This document shows, one piece after another, positions 1 to 10,320 of a stretch of 64,000 nt of DNA; position 1 is the first letter of the stretch, and the number at the start of each line of letters is the position of its first letter. A model generated the notes under the pieces. It was not told the origin of the DNA, searched no databases, and saw nothing but the letters and a program-made list of their open reading frames with translations. The stretch is from Vicugna vicugna (lineage: Eukaryota), in the NCBI GenBank assembly GCA_013265495.1, contig MU058241.1, positions 186,001 to 250,000 of the forward strand. The letters run 5' to 3'. A program made the position numbers and the translations under genes.

Positions 1-900
1 AGGGGCAAGGCTGCATAGAGTATTGCTAACAACATCAGATAATTTGGAGATGCCATCAGAATTTACCACTGAAATTGCTGCGTCAATCTCAGCATCAATT
101 CAAGAAGGTTCACCTGATGAAAAAGCACTCCTCTCCTGCTAAAAATTGCCTTTGGAATTGTGTTTAAGCAGTTGGCAGTGCAGTTTTCCTGCTTGACAGC
201 TTCCGTCGTTGGCACTGATGGAAACTCATTTATACTCTTGTCAGTGGCTCTCCACACTAACGGCAATGCGTGTTACTCTGGGAATTGCCCTGCGGCTTTC
301 AGCGGGAAGTGTGCTCTGCCAGTTTGAATACAAAACCTTCCATTTCTTTGTCAGATTTAGCCAAGGCACTTTGCGTGGCATTGAGAATGACTTGTTTTTC
401 CAGGTGTTGATTGTTCTTTGGAGTTGACAACATGATTTCTTTTTATTTCTCGAGCCCACACCGCATACAGGAATTCTGTAGATAGTGGGGCGGTGGTCAT
501 CTTGTATATAAAACCAATTTCTGAAAAGGGAGCCAGAAGCTCCACGGGGTATGAAGAAGCCATTCTGGTCATGAGGCACATTTTAGAAACCAGCCACATT
601 TACTAAGAATCTCCAGTACAGGAGATGACATCTTCCCCCTGGGCATACCACAGCAAACCTTCTTGGGTGGGTGCCAATACAACATCCACACAGAAAACGA
701 AAAAGTCAGTTGGTCCCTGGAACATCTGGATGCACACAGGAAGATGATAGGCTGAGCTGTCCCCGTCTCACAGGAGCCTTGGCCCCTGTGACTGTCGTCA
801 GCCCATTGACTGGACTAAACCATGAAGGGGAGTGAGTGAATGCGGCTACCAGGTTCTTCCTCTTTAACACCCCTGCCTCTTTATCTTCTCTTCTGTTTGT
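1..900 (-). pseudogene. EBLN: Endogenous bornavirus-like nucleoprotein element (EBLN), degraded, 3' end beyond left edge of window
   Basis: Minus-strand translation across frameshifts gives collinear blocks resembling BoDV-1 N (recalled): QPIIFLC 734-754 ~ PSLVFLC; FLCGCCIGTHPRRF 655-696 ~ [23 protein letters not shown] ~567-596 ~ [11 protein letters not shown]; KLV 512-520 + [11 protein letters not shown] 468-500 ~ [29 protein letters not shown] 252-284 ~ [11 protein letters not shown]; AVKQE ~ SVKET; IDAEIDAAISVVNSDGI 49-99 ~ [17 protein letters not shown]. Confidence 0.8.
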
Positions 901-1090
901 AGTGATTTCTGAGAGCAAGTGACCAATACGCTTTTGCAAGTTTTGAAGACTCAAAAAACTGTCTTCTGGGGTCAGGCAGTTGTGTTAATAGTAGCTCCAG
1001 GTGTAAAAACATAGGTAATGCTGACGTGTAAGGATGTGAACTGTCCACATTTGTTCTTATTTTTAAAAGCACTGCATTGGCCAAAGCAAG

Positions 1091-1222
1091 TAGGACCAGC
1101 TGCATAATTTGCGGGGTCCAGGGAAAAATGAAAATGTGGAGCCTTGTTTTCAAAAACTATTAAGCACTTAGAGATGGCAACAGCAGGGCCTCACACCAAG
1201 GGTGGAATGCCTCTGTGCGCAG
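1091..1222 (-). mobile_element. MER45A-like hAT-Tip100 MITE, partial
   Basis: aggaccagctgcataatttgcggggtccagggaaaaatgaaaatgtgg matches the reverse complement of the MER45A terminus; truncated by the adjacent L1. Confidence 0.7.
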
Positions 1223-1920
1223 TTTGACCTCTTCTAAAACATCACATACAGGGAAGGATGTATGGGGAGGCTTTCGTGTCTGGCTTCTTTCACTTAGCAT
1301 CGTGCTTTGAAGTCCATGCATATTGTTCCGTGTGCCCCTAGTTCTTTCCTTTTTCTCCTTGAAGATGGTTCAGTTTCATGGACATGTCACCATTTGCTTA
1401 CCTACCTGTTCAATGATGTTTGGCTCGTTTCCAGTTTTTGTTGGTTGTGAATAAAGCCACTATTACCATTCCCGTTCAGGTCTTTGTGTGGACATACGTT
1501 TTTCACTTCACATTAGTAGATGCCTTAGAGTGGAATGGCTGGGTCATGTGGTGAGTGCGCATATAACTTTGTAAGAACCGTCTTGTATTCCTGTCCATAG
1601 TGGGTGGGAGTCCCACTTGCTCTGCATTTTCTTCAGTACTTGTTATTGTCATCTTTTTAACTTGAGCAATGCCGGTAGGTGCGTAGGAACTTTTAATTTG
1701 GATTTCCCTGACTAATGATTCTGAGCGTCTTTTCATATGCATATTGGCTAAATATGTCCTCTTTTGAGGTGTCCATTCCAAACATTAAACAAACTCAGTT
1801 GTCCCCTCATTACTGATTATAAGCCTTACCCATATATTCTGGATGTGAGCCCTCTGTCAGATGTGCTTTGCAAAAATTTCCCAGTCTGTGGATTTCTTTT
1901 GCATTTTCTCTTCTTCTTTG

Positions 1921-2064
1921 TTTTTTGAGGGGGGAATTAATTAGGTTAATTAATTAATTAACTTAATACTTACTTATTTATTTTTTAATGGAGGTAGTGG
2001 GGATTTCACCCAGGACCTCCTGCATGCTGAGCACGTGTTCTACCACTGAGCTATACCCTCCCCC
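1921..2064 (-). mobile_element. Camelid tRNA-Ala-derived SINE (vic-1 type)
   Basis: Minus strand GGGGGAGGGTATAGCTCAGTGGTAGAACACGTGCTCAGCATGCAGGAGGTCCTGGG..CCTCCA followed by AT-rich tail. Confidence 0.9.
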
Positions 2065-2090
2065 TCAAATACTTCAGAGCACTCTGTCCT

Positions 2091-2217
2091 TTTTTAAAAT
2101 TTTATTTTTAGTGAGGTAATTAGGTTTATTTATTTTTAAATGGAGGCACTGGGGATTGAATCTAGAACCTCCTGCATGCTAAGCACACACTCTACCACTA
2201 AGCTATATCCTCCTCCT
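2091..2217 (-). mobile_element. Camelid tRNA-Ala-derived SINE (vic-1 type), second tandem copy
   Basis: Same head (ATAGCTTAGTGGTAG..GCTTAGCATGCAGGAGGTTCTAGATTCAATCCCCAG) and AAACCTAATTACCTC tail. Confidence 0.9.
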
Positions 2218-2844
2218 CCTTTACATTTCCTTCCCTGTGTCTTTCAGAGAGCAAAAAATTTTAATCTTGATGATGTTGATTTTATAAAATTAAAATAATT
2301 GAACCTTTTGTGTCCTGATTTAGAAATCCTCACCTTATCAAATTTCCTAAAGATTTTTCTCTTATGTTCTCTTCTAGAAATTTAATAGGTTTAGCTCTTT
2401 CGTATATGATGCATTTTGTGTTAACTTGTGCATTTGGCGTGAAGTGAAGGTCAAGATTCTTTTTTTCCTTCATAGAAATAGCCAGTTGGTCACACTGTTT
2501 GCAAAGTAAAAGAATGAATTTTCATTTGCAAAATTTCAAAGTGAGGTGTATGTTGATTTGATGCCTCTGCAATAATATTGTACTTTCTCTGCACTTCTTT
2601 TGATCTCTCTTTGATTTGAATCATTTGAGAACCGGGTCTAGAGTAGACTCCAGGGTTGCCCAGCTGGTCACCGTCGTTCAGCAGTGTCGCAGACAAAGGA
2701 GAGGTACGTACTCTTTTTTTCTCAAATGCATGATAAAAGATCCACTTACAGAATACTTTTTTTTTTTCATCTTGCTCAGAAGGCATTTTGCCAGTCTCCT
2801 AGGGGTACAGTGACAGCCTGCTAGCAAGTCTCCACATCAGTGTC

Positions 2845-3136
2845 CTCTTCTTCCTGGGAGCTGTTCCCCAGCACTTGGCTGTGATCAGTCAGTGACTGAG
2901 TTACAGTCACTGGAATGTGAGTGGAAGTCATGTGTGCCATTGGACTGGTCCAGGAAGACCTCCTGTGACCTTGCCTACTTGGTTTGTTCTAAACAAGCAT
3001 GGTAACTACAGAAGCCGAGCCACAGATTAGAGGAATCCCAGGTCACCTGGAGAAGAGCTGCCCCAGGACATTACACAAGTGAGAAATGAACCAGCACTGT
3101 GTTAAGCCCCGAGACTTGGATTTAGTATTGCTACAG
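2845..3136 (+). mobile_element. Old MaLR LTR (MLT1I/J-like) fragment
   Basis: ggaatgtgagtggaagt..gtgagaaatgaac..tgtgttaagcc..ttgctaca motifs. Confidence 0.55.
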
Positions 3137-3464
3137 GTAATATTCCCACCCAAGGGAGAAGTTCTTGCGTGAGTGTAGACATGGAATGTGTCACTATCCC
3201 TAAAAGTGTCCACTGGACTGACTGTGATATTCTATGAGATGACCCTGGCTCAGAGCTGGTGTGTGCAGGATTCCACTAGACAGTCCCAGGAGCTCAGTTC
3301 ATCTTTATCAGCCATGCATTCCTTGTTGCTCATGGAGTTTCCTTAGAAGGAAAGAACCCCAGGGCAGAGGCATATTTAGCTTTCACATCTATGGATAAAC
3401 AATCCTGAGAATTCTTCACTCTCAGTCTTCTGATCTGAGAAATGTAGACAATTTGTTTGTTGTT

Positions 3465-3936
3465 TGTGGTGGATGCAATAATGTACCCCTCTCCCCCAAA
3501 GATGTCTATGTCCCAAGTCCCAAGACACATGAATGTGGAACTTTGCAGATGTGATTAAGTTAAGGATTTTGAGATGGGGAGGCTTATTGTGGAGTATCTG
3601 GGTGGACCTAATGTAATTACAGGGGTCCTTATAAGCAGGGGGCAGGGGGTTAGAATCAGTGAAGGAGATGTGACAGTGAAAGCAGAGATCAGGTACTACA
3701 CGGCTGAGCTCGAAGACAGTGGAAGGAGCCCTGAGCCAGGTAATGCAGATGGTCCTCAGAAGCAATGAAGAGACAAGGGAGTGGTTTCTCAGGGCCTCGC
3801 CTCCAGAAGGAACCAGTCTTGGTGACACATTGATTTTTAAGACTTCCAACTTCCAGAACTGTAAGATAAGGAATTTGTGTTGCTTTAAGCCACTCTGTTT
3901 GTGGTAATTTGCTACAGAATAATTGGAAGCTCATAC
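3465..3936 (+). mobile_element. MaLR solo LTR (MLT1D-like)
   Basis: tgtggtgg start, ctttgcagatgtgattaagttaaggattttgagatgggg core, ttccagaactgtaagataag..ctttaagccact..taca end. Confidence 0.85.
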
Positions 3937-4488
3937 AGTATCATCTGGGATTTGTATTCATTTATTTCAAAGTATTTGAAAATTGTTACTTCTGCCCTAG
4001 TTAACAGCTACTGAAACGGGAAAGAAACAGTAACTCTTAATGCCCCAGGCTAAGCCAGCAAGGGGCTGGCAGCACAGTAGCTAAAGATGAACAAAAAAAT
4101 TATACATCAGGTTATAACCACAGTTCCAAAGTCCTCCTCCGGTGGGCTGTGTAAGCTGCTTCCCAGGAATGGTGCTGCAAAATCTCGGCCTTTAATGGAG
4201 AATTCCACCTTCTTCTCGCTGGAAATGAAGAGTAGGTAATGACAGGAGTAGTGTAGCTCCTTTGTGGTTTTCCTGTTGTTGTTGCTATTTTTATTCAGAT
4301 AAGTGAAAAACTACAACCCTGTCTTCTCAAGTTAGGGACATTAGGAATCTGCCACCTCAGCCTAGCCTGCTTGCTTCTTGTTTTCACATGAGGTCGCATT
4401 CCTAAAATAGTTTTGATATTTTCCATTCGGAAAGAAAATTCAGTCGTACAACCAAAACATGGTAAATGGGTTCTGGTGCCAATTCCTC

Positions 4489-4512
<24 letters not shown>
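4489..4512. repeat. (TG)12 microsatellite
   Basis: Perfect TG run. Confidence 0.95.
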
Positions 4513-4522
<10 letters not shown>

Positions 4523-5864
4523 CATATATATGTATGAAATAGATTTTGGTCATCTGAATGACCAAATATATATTTCTTATAAATCACTGTATCACACATG
4601 GTCATTTTTCTTCTTTTTTCTTGATCATGTGGTATTATTCTTCCAAACTGATATGAAGGAGAAGTCATTGGTATTAGAGAGACCTCATGTTTGTTTCCAG
4701 GACAACCCTTGCTCCTTTGTTTCCTAACCTTCCTTGACAAGGAAGTGCTCTGGCAAACATTATGTTCCATCTGATGAAGATCACTCACTTTTCAGCAAGT
4801 GATAAATTATTTCCAATGAACGTAATCACCCATTGAGGCTTTTTTTCACACCATTTCACATTTTTTATTGGACTCCATGCATCAGTATAGAAATACGAGA
4901 ATGAAATCTTCCAAACTTATTCCTAACATCAAACGTGCAGACAAGCAGAGCACTGTGCCCACACCATCAGCATCCATCACGAGCAGACAAGATTTCTAAC
5001 GGGGAAAAATCAAGCTGCAAGAAACTCACTCTTCTCTTGCAGGGAAGGACAGAATTCCCCAGGGCTTTACCCCTATTTGTCTGCTGGTGATATGTGTATC
5101 TGAACTCTCAGAGAAATTCAATTAAATTCCCTGGATTTGGGGATCTAATACATCCCAAAGTGAGGCACATAAAAGTGCACGGAAATAAATAATATCAGAG
5201 ATCATCATTAAACATTTGCTGAGTCCCCATGGGCTGTGCTTGCTATCTTGCTGGGTTTATGATGTCTCATGTCCTCCAGGGCAGAACATCCACTTATTCC
5301 ATCTCCTGGAAGACAGTATTATACCTTCATAACCATCTTGGGAGCAGCACAGACTTCTCCTTGGTGTAGGCGGCCCAGTGCCCAGGGACCATAAAAATGT
5401 TTTATTTTCTTTTAAAATGAGGAGAAAAGGCATGATAATAATCCAGCATAGATTAGATTTATCTATATACAAAGAATCCTAGAAGCATATAAAAAACACT
5501 ATATTTAGATTAATACAAATGTATACATTTCTGTAGAACTACACATAAATTCAAAAGAATAATTTATATATTAAATATGAAAAACACAAAATTTAGATAT
5601 AAACATTTTATGACTTGTGTACTTAGAATCATTATATACATTCCTTGTATTAATAGTTACAAATGTTATATATTTATAATTATCTGCAATACTTACAGTA
5701 TATTATGTATATACTGTATATGATATTTACATATACATAATATATGTGATATTTGTATGACGTAATGTGATTTATGTAAATATATATATATATACACAAT
5801 TTTATTATTAATTATATAAAGAATCACTTAAAAATAATTATATAAAGAATGATCTTTTTTGTTT

Positions 5865-6385
5865 TTTAATAGACTTTATTATTTTAGAACAGTTTCAGGT
5901 TCACGACAGAATTGAGCAGAAAATAGAGAGTTCACACATAGCCCTCCCCACCGACATATATATACTCCCCTACCCTCAGCCTCCCTCATCAGTGTGGCAT
6001 ATTTGGTACAATCGATGAACCAACACGGGCACATTATTATCAACCAAAGTCCATAGTTTATGTTAGGGTTCACTCTTGATGTTGTACATGCTATGGGCTT
6101 TGACAAATGCATAAGGACATCTAACCACCCCTATAGTATCATACATAATAATTTCATTGCCCTAAAAATCCCTTGTCCTCCATCTTTTCATTCCTCCCTC
6201 TCTGCCTCTCCCTAAACCCCTGGAAACCATGATCTTTTTATTGTTTCTGTAGCTGTGCCTTTTCCAGAATGTCATTTGGTTGGAATCGTACAGTTTGTAG
6301 CCTTTTCAGACTGGCTTCTTTCACTTAGTAATATGTCTTTTAAGTTTCTTCCATGTCTTTCATGGCTTGATAGATCTTTTTTTTA
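5865..6385 (-). mobile_element. L1MC-type 3' end
   Basis: agactttattattttagaacagtttcaggttcac..aattgagcagaaaatagagagtt; caaagtccatagtttatgttagggttcactcttg; ends near the MIR-rich AT tract at 5440-5860. Confidence 0.85.
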
Positions 6386-6489
6386 CTGTCCATTTATTTT
6401 TAAATTTACATATATGTACTGTTCATTGTTTCTAAGAACGTTTAGAGCTTTAGCTTTTTAAACTTACATAGTTATCAAAGGAATAAAGC

Positions 6490-6710
6490 CAAGCAGAAAA
6501 TAAGAATTAACTCAAAAAGTAACATATACCCTGCTATTAACAGCAACATTATTTATAATTGCCAAGATATGGAAGCATCCTAAGTGCACATCAATAGTTG
6601 AATAGATAATGGAGATGCATATATATATGTATAGATATATAGATATAGATATATATAGTGAAATACAACTCACCTATAAAAAAGAAGGCTATTTTGCCAT
6701 TTGCAGCCCT
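6490..6710 (+). mobile_element. L1 ORF2 C-terminal fragment
   Basis: ttatttataattgccaagatatggaagcatcctaagtg..attttgccatttgcagc. Confidence 0.75.
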
Positions 6711-6764
6711 TCATTCACTTTTTTTTTTTTCATTTCAAAATCCAGAATTTTATAACCGGCCGAG

Positions 6765-7050
6765 ACATTTCCATTACATCAAAAACAACAAAATACCTAG
6801 AAATAAACTTAACCAAGGGGGTTACCTATACTCTGAAAACCAAAATGACACGAAGAAATGGAGAGCTTTCTTGTGCTCTTGGATTGGAAGAATCAACACC
6901 TATCAAAATGGCCACACTACCCAAAGCAATCCACAGATCCAATGCAACCCCCATCAAAATACTTGCGACATTCCTCACAGAGCTAGAACAAATAATTTCA
7001 AAATTTATAAGGAACGACAAAAGACTCCCAACAGCCAAAGCAATCTTTTG
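6765..7050 (+). mobile_element. L1 ORF2 (post-RT) fragment
   Basis: [49 protein letters not shown] peptides. Confidence 0.9.
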
Positions 7051-7054
7051 TAGG

Positions 7055-8946
7055 TCTCTCTCTCTCTCTTTTTTTCTCTTTCTTCTTTTTGTTCTCTTTT
7101 CTTACGGTTTGATGACTAGAGAAGGTCCTTTAACATTTGTTGTAAAGCTGGTTTGGTGGCGCTGAAATCTTTTAGCTTTTGTTTATCTGTGAAGCTTTTG
7201 ATTTCTCCATCAAGTCTGAATGAGAGCCTTGCTGGATAGAGTGTTATTGGTTGTTAAGTTACCCCCTTGCATCACTTTAAATATATCCATGCCACTCCCT
7301 TCTGGCCTGTAGAGTTTGTTCTGAAAACTCAGCTGATAACCTTATGGGAGTTCCCTTGTATGTTATTCGTTGCTTTTCTCTAGCTAGTTTTAATGTTTTC
7401 TCCTTATCCTTAATTGTTGTCAGTTTGATGACTACGTGCCTTGGTGTGTTCCTCTTTGGGTTGATTCTGTGTGGTACTCTCTGTGCTTCCAGGACTTGGG
7501 TGACTGTTTCCTTTCCCAGGTTGGGGAAGTTTTCTGTTATTATCTCTCCAAAAATTTTCTCATATCCTTTCTCTCTCTCTTCTCTTTCTGGGACCCCTAT
7601 AATGCGAATATTAGAGTGCTTCATGTTGTCCCAGAGTTCTCTTAAACTATCCTCATTCCTTTTTTATTCTTTTTTTTTCTGTTCTGAAGTAGTAATTTCC
7701 ACTAATCTGTCTTCTAGCTCACTGATCTATTCTTCTGCCTCATTTAGTCTATTCTTGGTTCCTTTCAGTGTATTGTTCATTTCAGTGATTTTATTCTTCA
7801 TCTCTGGGTATTCTTTATATTTTCCAACTCTTTCCTAAAAACTTCACTCTGTGCATCTATACTCCTCTTTAAGTTCTCTGAACATCTTGGCCATCATTAC
7901 TTTAAACTCTTTCTCAGATAAAGTACCTATCTCCTCATCACTCATTTCTTCTTCTGAGATTTTATCTTGTGCCTTGGCCTGGGAGATATATCCCTTTGCT
8001 GCCTCATATCGTCTATCTTTCTATGTGTTTGTGGACTCCTTCCGCAGGCTTTGGGGTTATTGTGTTCTTATTTCTGGAATCTGCTCCTGGTGGATGAGGC
8101 TGGACTAGAGGCTTATGCAGGTTTCCTGGCAGGAGGAGCCAGTGCCTGCCCACTGCTGGATAAAGCTTGGTCCTGGACCTCTGGTGTGTAGGGCTGTGCC
8201 TAGTGGACTTTGTGGCTCAGTAAGTCTGACAATGGGTGAGGCTGTGTTCCCACCCTGTATGTTGTTTGGCCTGAGGCTTCCTTACAGGCTGTTGGGTGGG
8301 GCTTGGTCTTAGTGCTAATGATCCAATCAAGATGTCAGCCTGCAGGAAAGCTCATTTATATTAACACTCCTGGAATGTCCGCCACCAGTTTTTACGTCCC
8401 CAGAGTGAGCCACTGCCATCCCCTATGTCACCAGGAGACCCTCCAAATCCAGCAGGCAGATCTGGCCCAGGTTCCTATGAAATCACTGCCTCTGTCCTTG
8501 GACCTGGTGCACATGAGTTTCTGTGTATACTTCTCAAGTAAATAGAGTCTCTGTTTCCTCGATCCCCCTGAGGCTCCCAGAGCCAAGCCCCCTGGCCTTC
8601 AAAACCAGATGTCCTGGGGTCTCCTTCTCTTCCCAATGCTGGAACCCGACCTGGGGAGACTGAGTGGGGCTTAGAGCTCTCACTCCTGCGGGAGGGTCTC
8701 TGCGACTTAAATCTTCACCTTGTGGGTTGCCCACCCGGGTGGTATGGGGCCCAATTATATAGCGAGCATGCCCCTCCTATCATCCTGCTGTGGTTCTCTC
8801 TTTGTGTTTCCAGTTGTAGAAGATCTTTTTTTGCTAGGTTCCAGTCTTTATTCGATGGCTATTTAGCATTCAGTTGTGGGTTCCTTGTCGTTGCAAGGAG
8901 AGGCAAGTTTTTGGTCCTATCACTCCACCATCTTGACCAGAACTCT
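7055..8946 (-). mobile_element. L1 5'UTR + degraded ORF1 + start of inter-ORF spacer
   Basis: ORF1p peptide SNIRIIGVPEREEREKG..PHRINPKRNTPRHVVIKL..ITYKGTPIRLSAEFS; C-terminus TKPALQQMLKDLL* near 7116; 5' end with YY1-like CAAGATGGTGG at ~8925-8936. Confidence 0.9.
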
Positions 8947-9039
8947 ATAAAGGCTGATTTGATCTTAAAGAAAATAATTCATTATATAAAGGCTGATCTA
9001 AGATCAACCATATACTGACTCAAAGTAATTATAAAATCT

Positions 9040-9545
9040 CACAGAGAATATTCTCAATGACAATGGAAGTATGTTAGAGATTAGTAATATGGGGATTACT
9101 GGAAAATTCTCAAGTGTTTAGAAATTAAGCACTGTATTTTTAAATAGTCTATAAGTGAAAGAAAAAGTTACAGTGGAAATGAGAAAATATTTGGGACTGA
9201 ATGGCAGTGAACACACGGCATATCAAAATTTATGGGATTCAGTAAAAATTATGAATAGAAAAGAATGTTTACAGTTAAGTGTGCATGTGAGAAAAGATGA
9301 AATGCCAAGAGTCCAGGATCTAAACATCATCTCCAGAACTTAAGAATGTCAAGTTGAATCAAAGTGGAAGAAAATAATAAAGACTGGAACAGAAAGTAAT
9401 AAAGCGGAAAATAGACGTAGACCAGAGAAAAATCAAGAAAGCCAAAATTCAGAAATAAAGCTTGCTCTTTGAAAACAATAATAAAATTTATAAATCCTTG
9501 GGAAAATTAATCATGAAAAGAGAAGGAGACACAAAAAAACAATAT
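9040..9545 (+). mobile_element. Ancient L1M ORF2 fragment (downstream of endonuclease)
   Basis: Peptide EMRKYLGLNGSEHTAYQNLWDSVK; FENNNKIYKSLGKL. Confidence 0.8.
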
Positions 9546-10164
9546 GTGAAGCCTCTTTTTGGAGAAAAGCTGAGAAGGCCTGTGTTTTCAAGGTGGCCTT
9601 TTGGCATCACCGTCCTCCCCTTCCCACCGAGGAGCCACAGGCTGGGATCACAGACAGCCTCTTGGGATTGCTGTAAGACTGTGCTCGTACCTGCTCCATC
9701 CCTGCTCCTCTCAAGAGAAGCAGCCTGCCAATGAGCAAATCAGCCTGCTAGGATGTGCCCGTCACTAGCCTGAGAAATGGGGCTTTCACCCAGGTCACCC
9801 TGCAGGGCAGGCTGTGGAGTCGGCAAAGGGAGGGGGCCCCTGTTGTAGTCTCTGAGGTGGTGGACTGATTACCTCTCCTTTCTCCCTGTCCCCCTCTTCC
9901 CTCCCTCCCATCCTCCTCTGATGCAGCAGGCAGCAGGTCTGAAAGGGCTTGCTGCATATCTCAAAGAGAGATACACTCTTTGCAGATACTAGTATGGATC
10001 CTCCAGATAATCCTGTAACCTCAGGCTTTCTCTAAAGCCCCACGGGCAGCTTCTGCTTGCTCGGGGACTCGGAGGTGCGTTTTGTGACATCTGGGCACTG
10101 TGAGTGATTGATCTCAGCTCCAGAAACTTAAACCTGTAGTTCTCCCCCTTCAGTACAAGGATCC

Positions 10165-10320
10165 CCGAGGGAACTTGTTAAACATGCATATTCTCTGGCC
10201 TCAGCCCAGCATTCAGGTTCAGCAGGTCTGGGATGGCATCCAGGAATCCACAGGCATAATGAGGTCCCTGAGTGATCGTGTGCCAGGTGGTCCCTCTTCC
10301 CTGGGCCACTGAGACACACA
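10165..10320. mobile_element. MER5-type hAT MITE
   Basis: gggaacttgttaaacatgcatattc..gcaggtctgggatgg..caggaatc. Confidence 0.6.

Larger units (their letters stand above)
1225..2490 (-). mobile_element. Old L1M (L1MB/MC-type) ORF2 C-terminus/3'UTR fragment, interrupted by two SINEs
   Basis: tggcttctttcacttagcat, tgtggacatacgtttt, tttccctgactaatgat motifs; residual peptide SLVREIQIK in ORF 1503-1781. Confidence 0.85.

Noticed and set aside
180..370. Filovirus NP similarity (TEAVKQ, SALAK)
   Set aside because: Only local resemblance; upstream and downstream blocks fit bornavirus N better. A database search should confirm
241..599. Gypsy RNase H (DHRP) or hAT transposase (H..S..H) interpretation of the 5' ORFs
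   Set aside because: Isolated motifs with wrong spacing; bornavirus N explains many more blocks in collinear order
1990..2064. tRNA-Ala gene (also ~2140-2217, ~17955-18033, ~31195-31269)
   Set aside because: Degenerate stems, extra 5' G-rich bases and a shared AT-rich tail identify these as SINE heads
3330..3934. Cluster of overlapping ORFs up to 157 aa
   Set aside because: Lie within an MLT1 LTR; no protein similarity recognised
5440..5860. Very AT-rich tract
   Set aside because: Low-complexity TA-rich sequence beside an L1 tail; no specific structure
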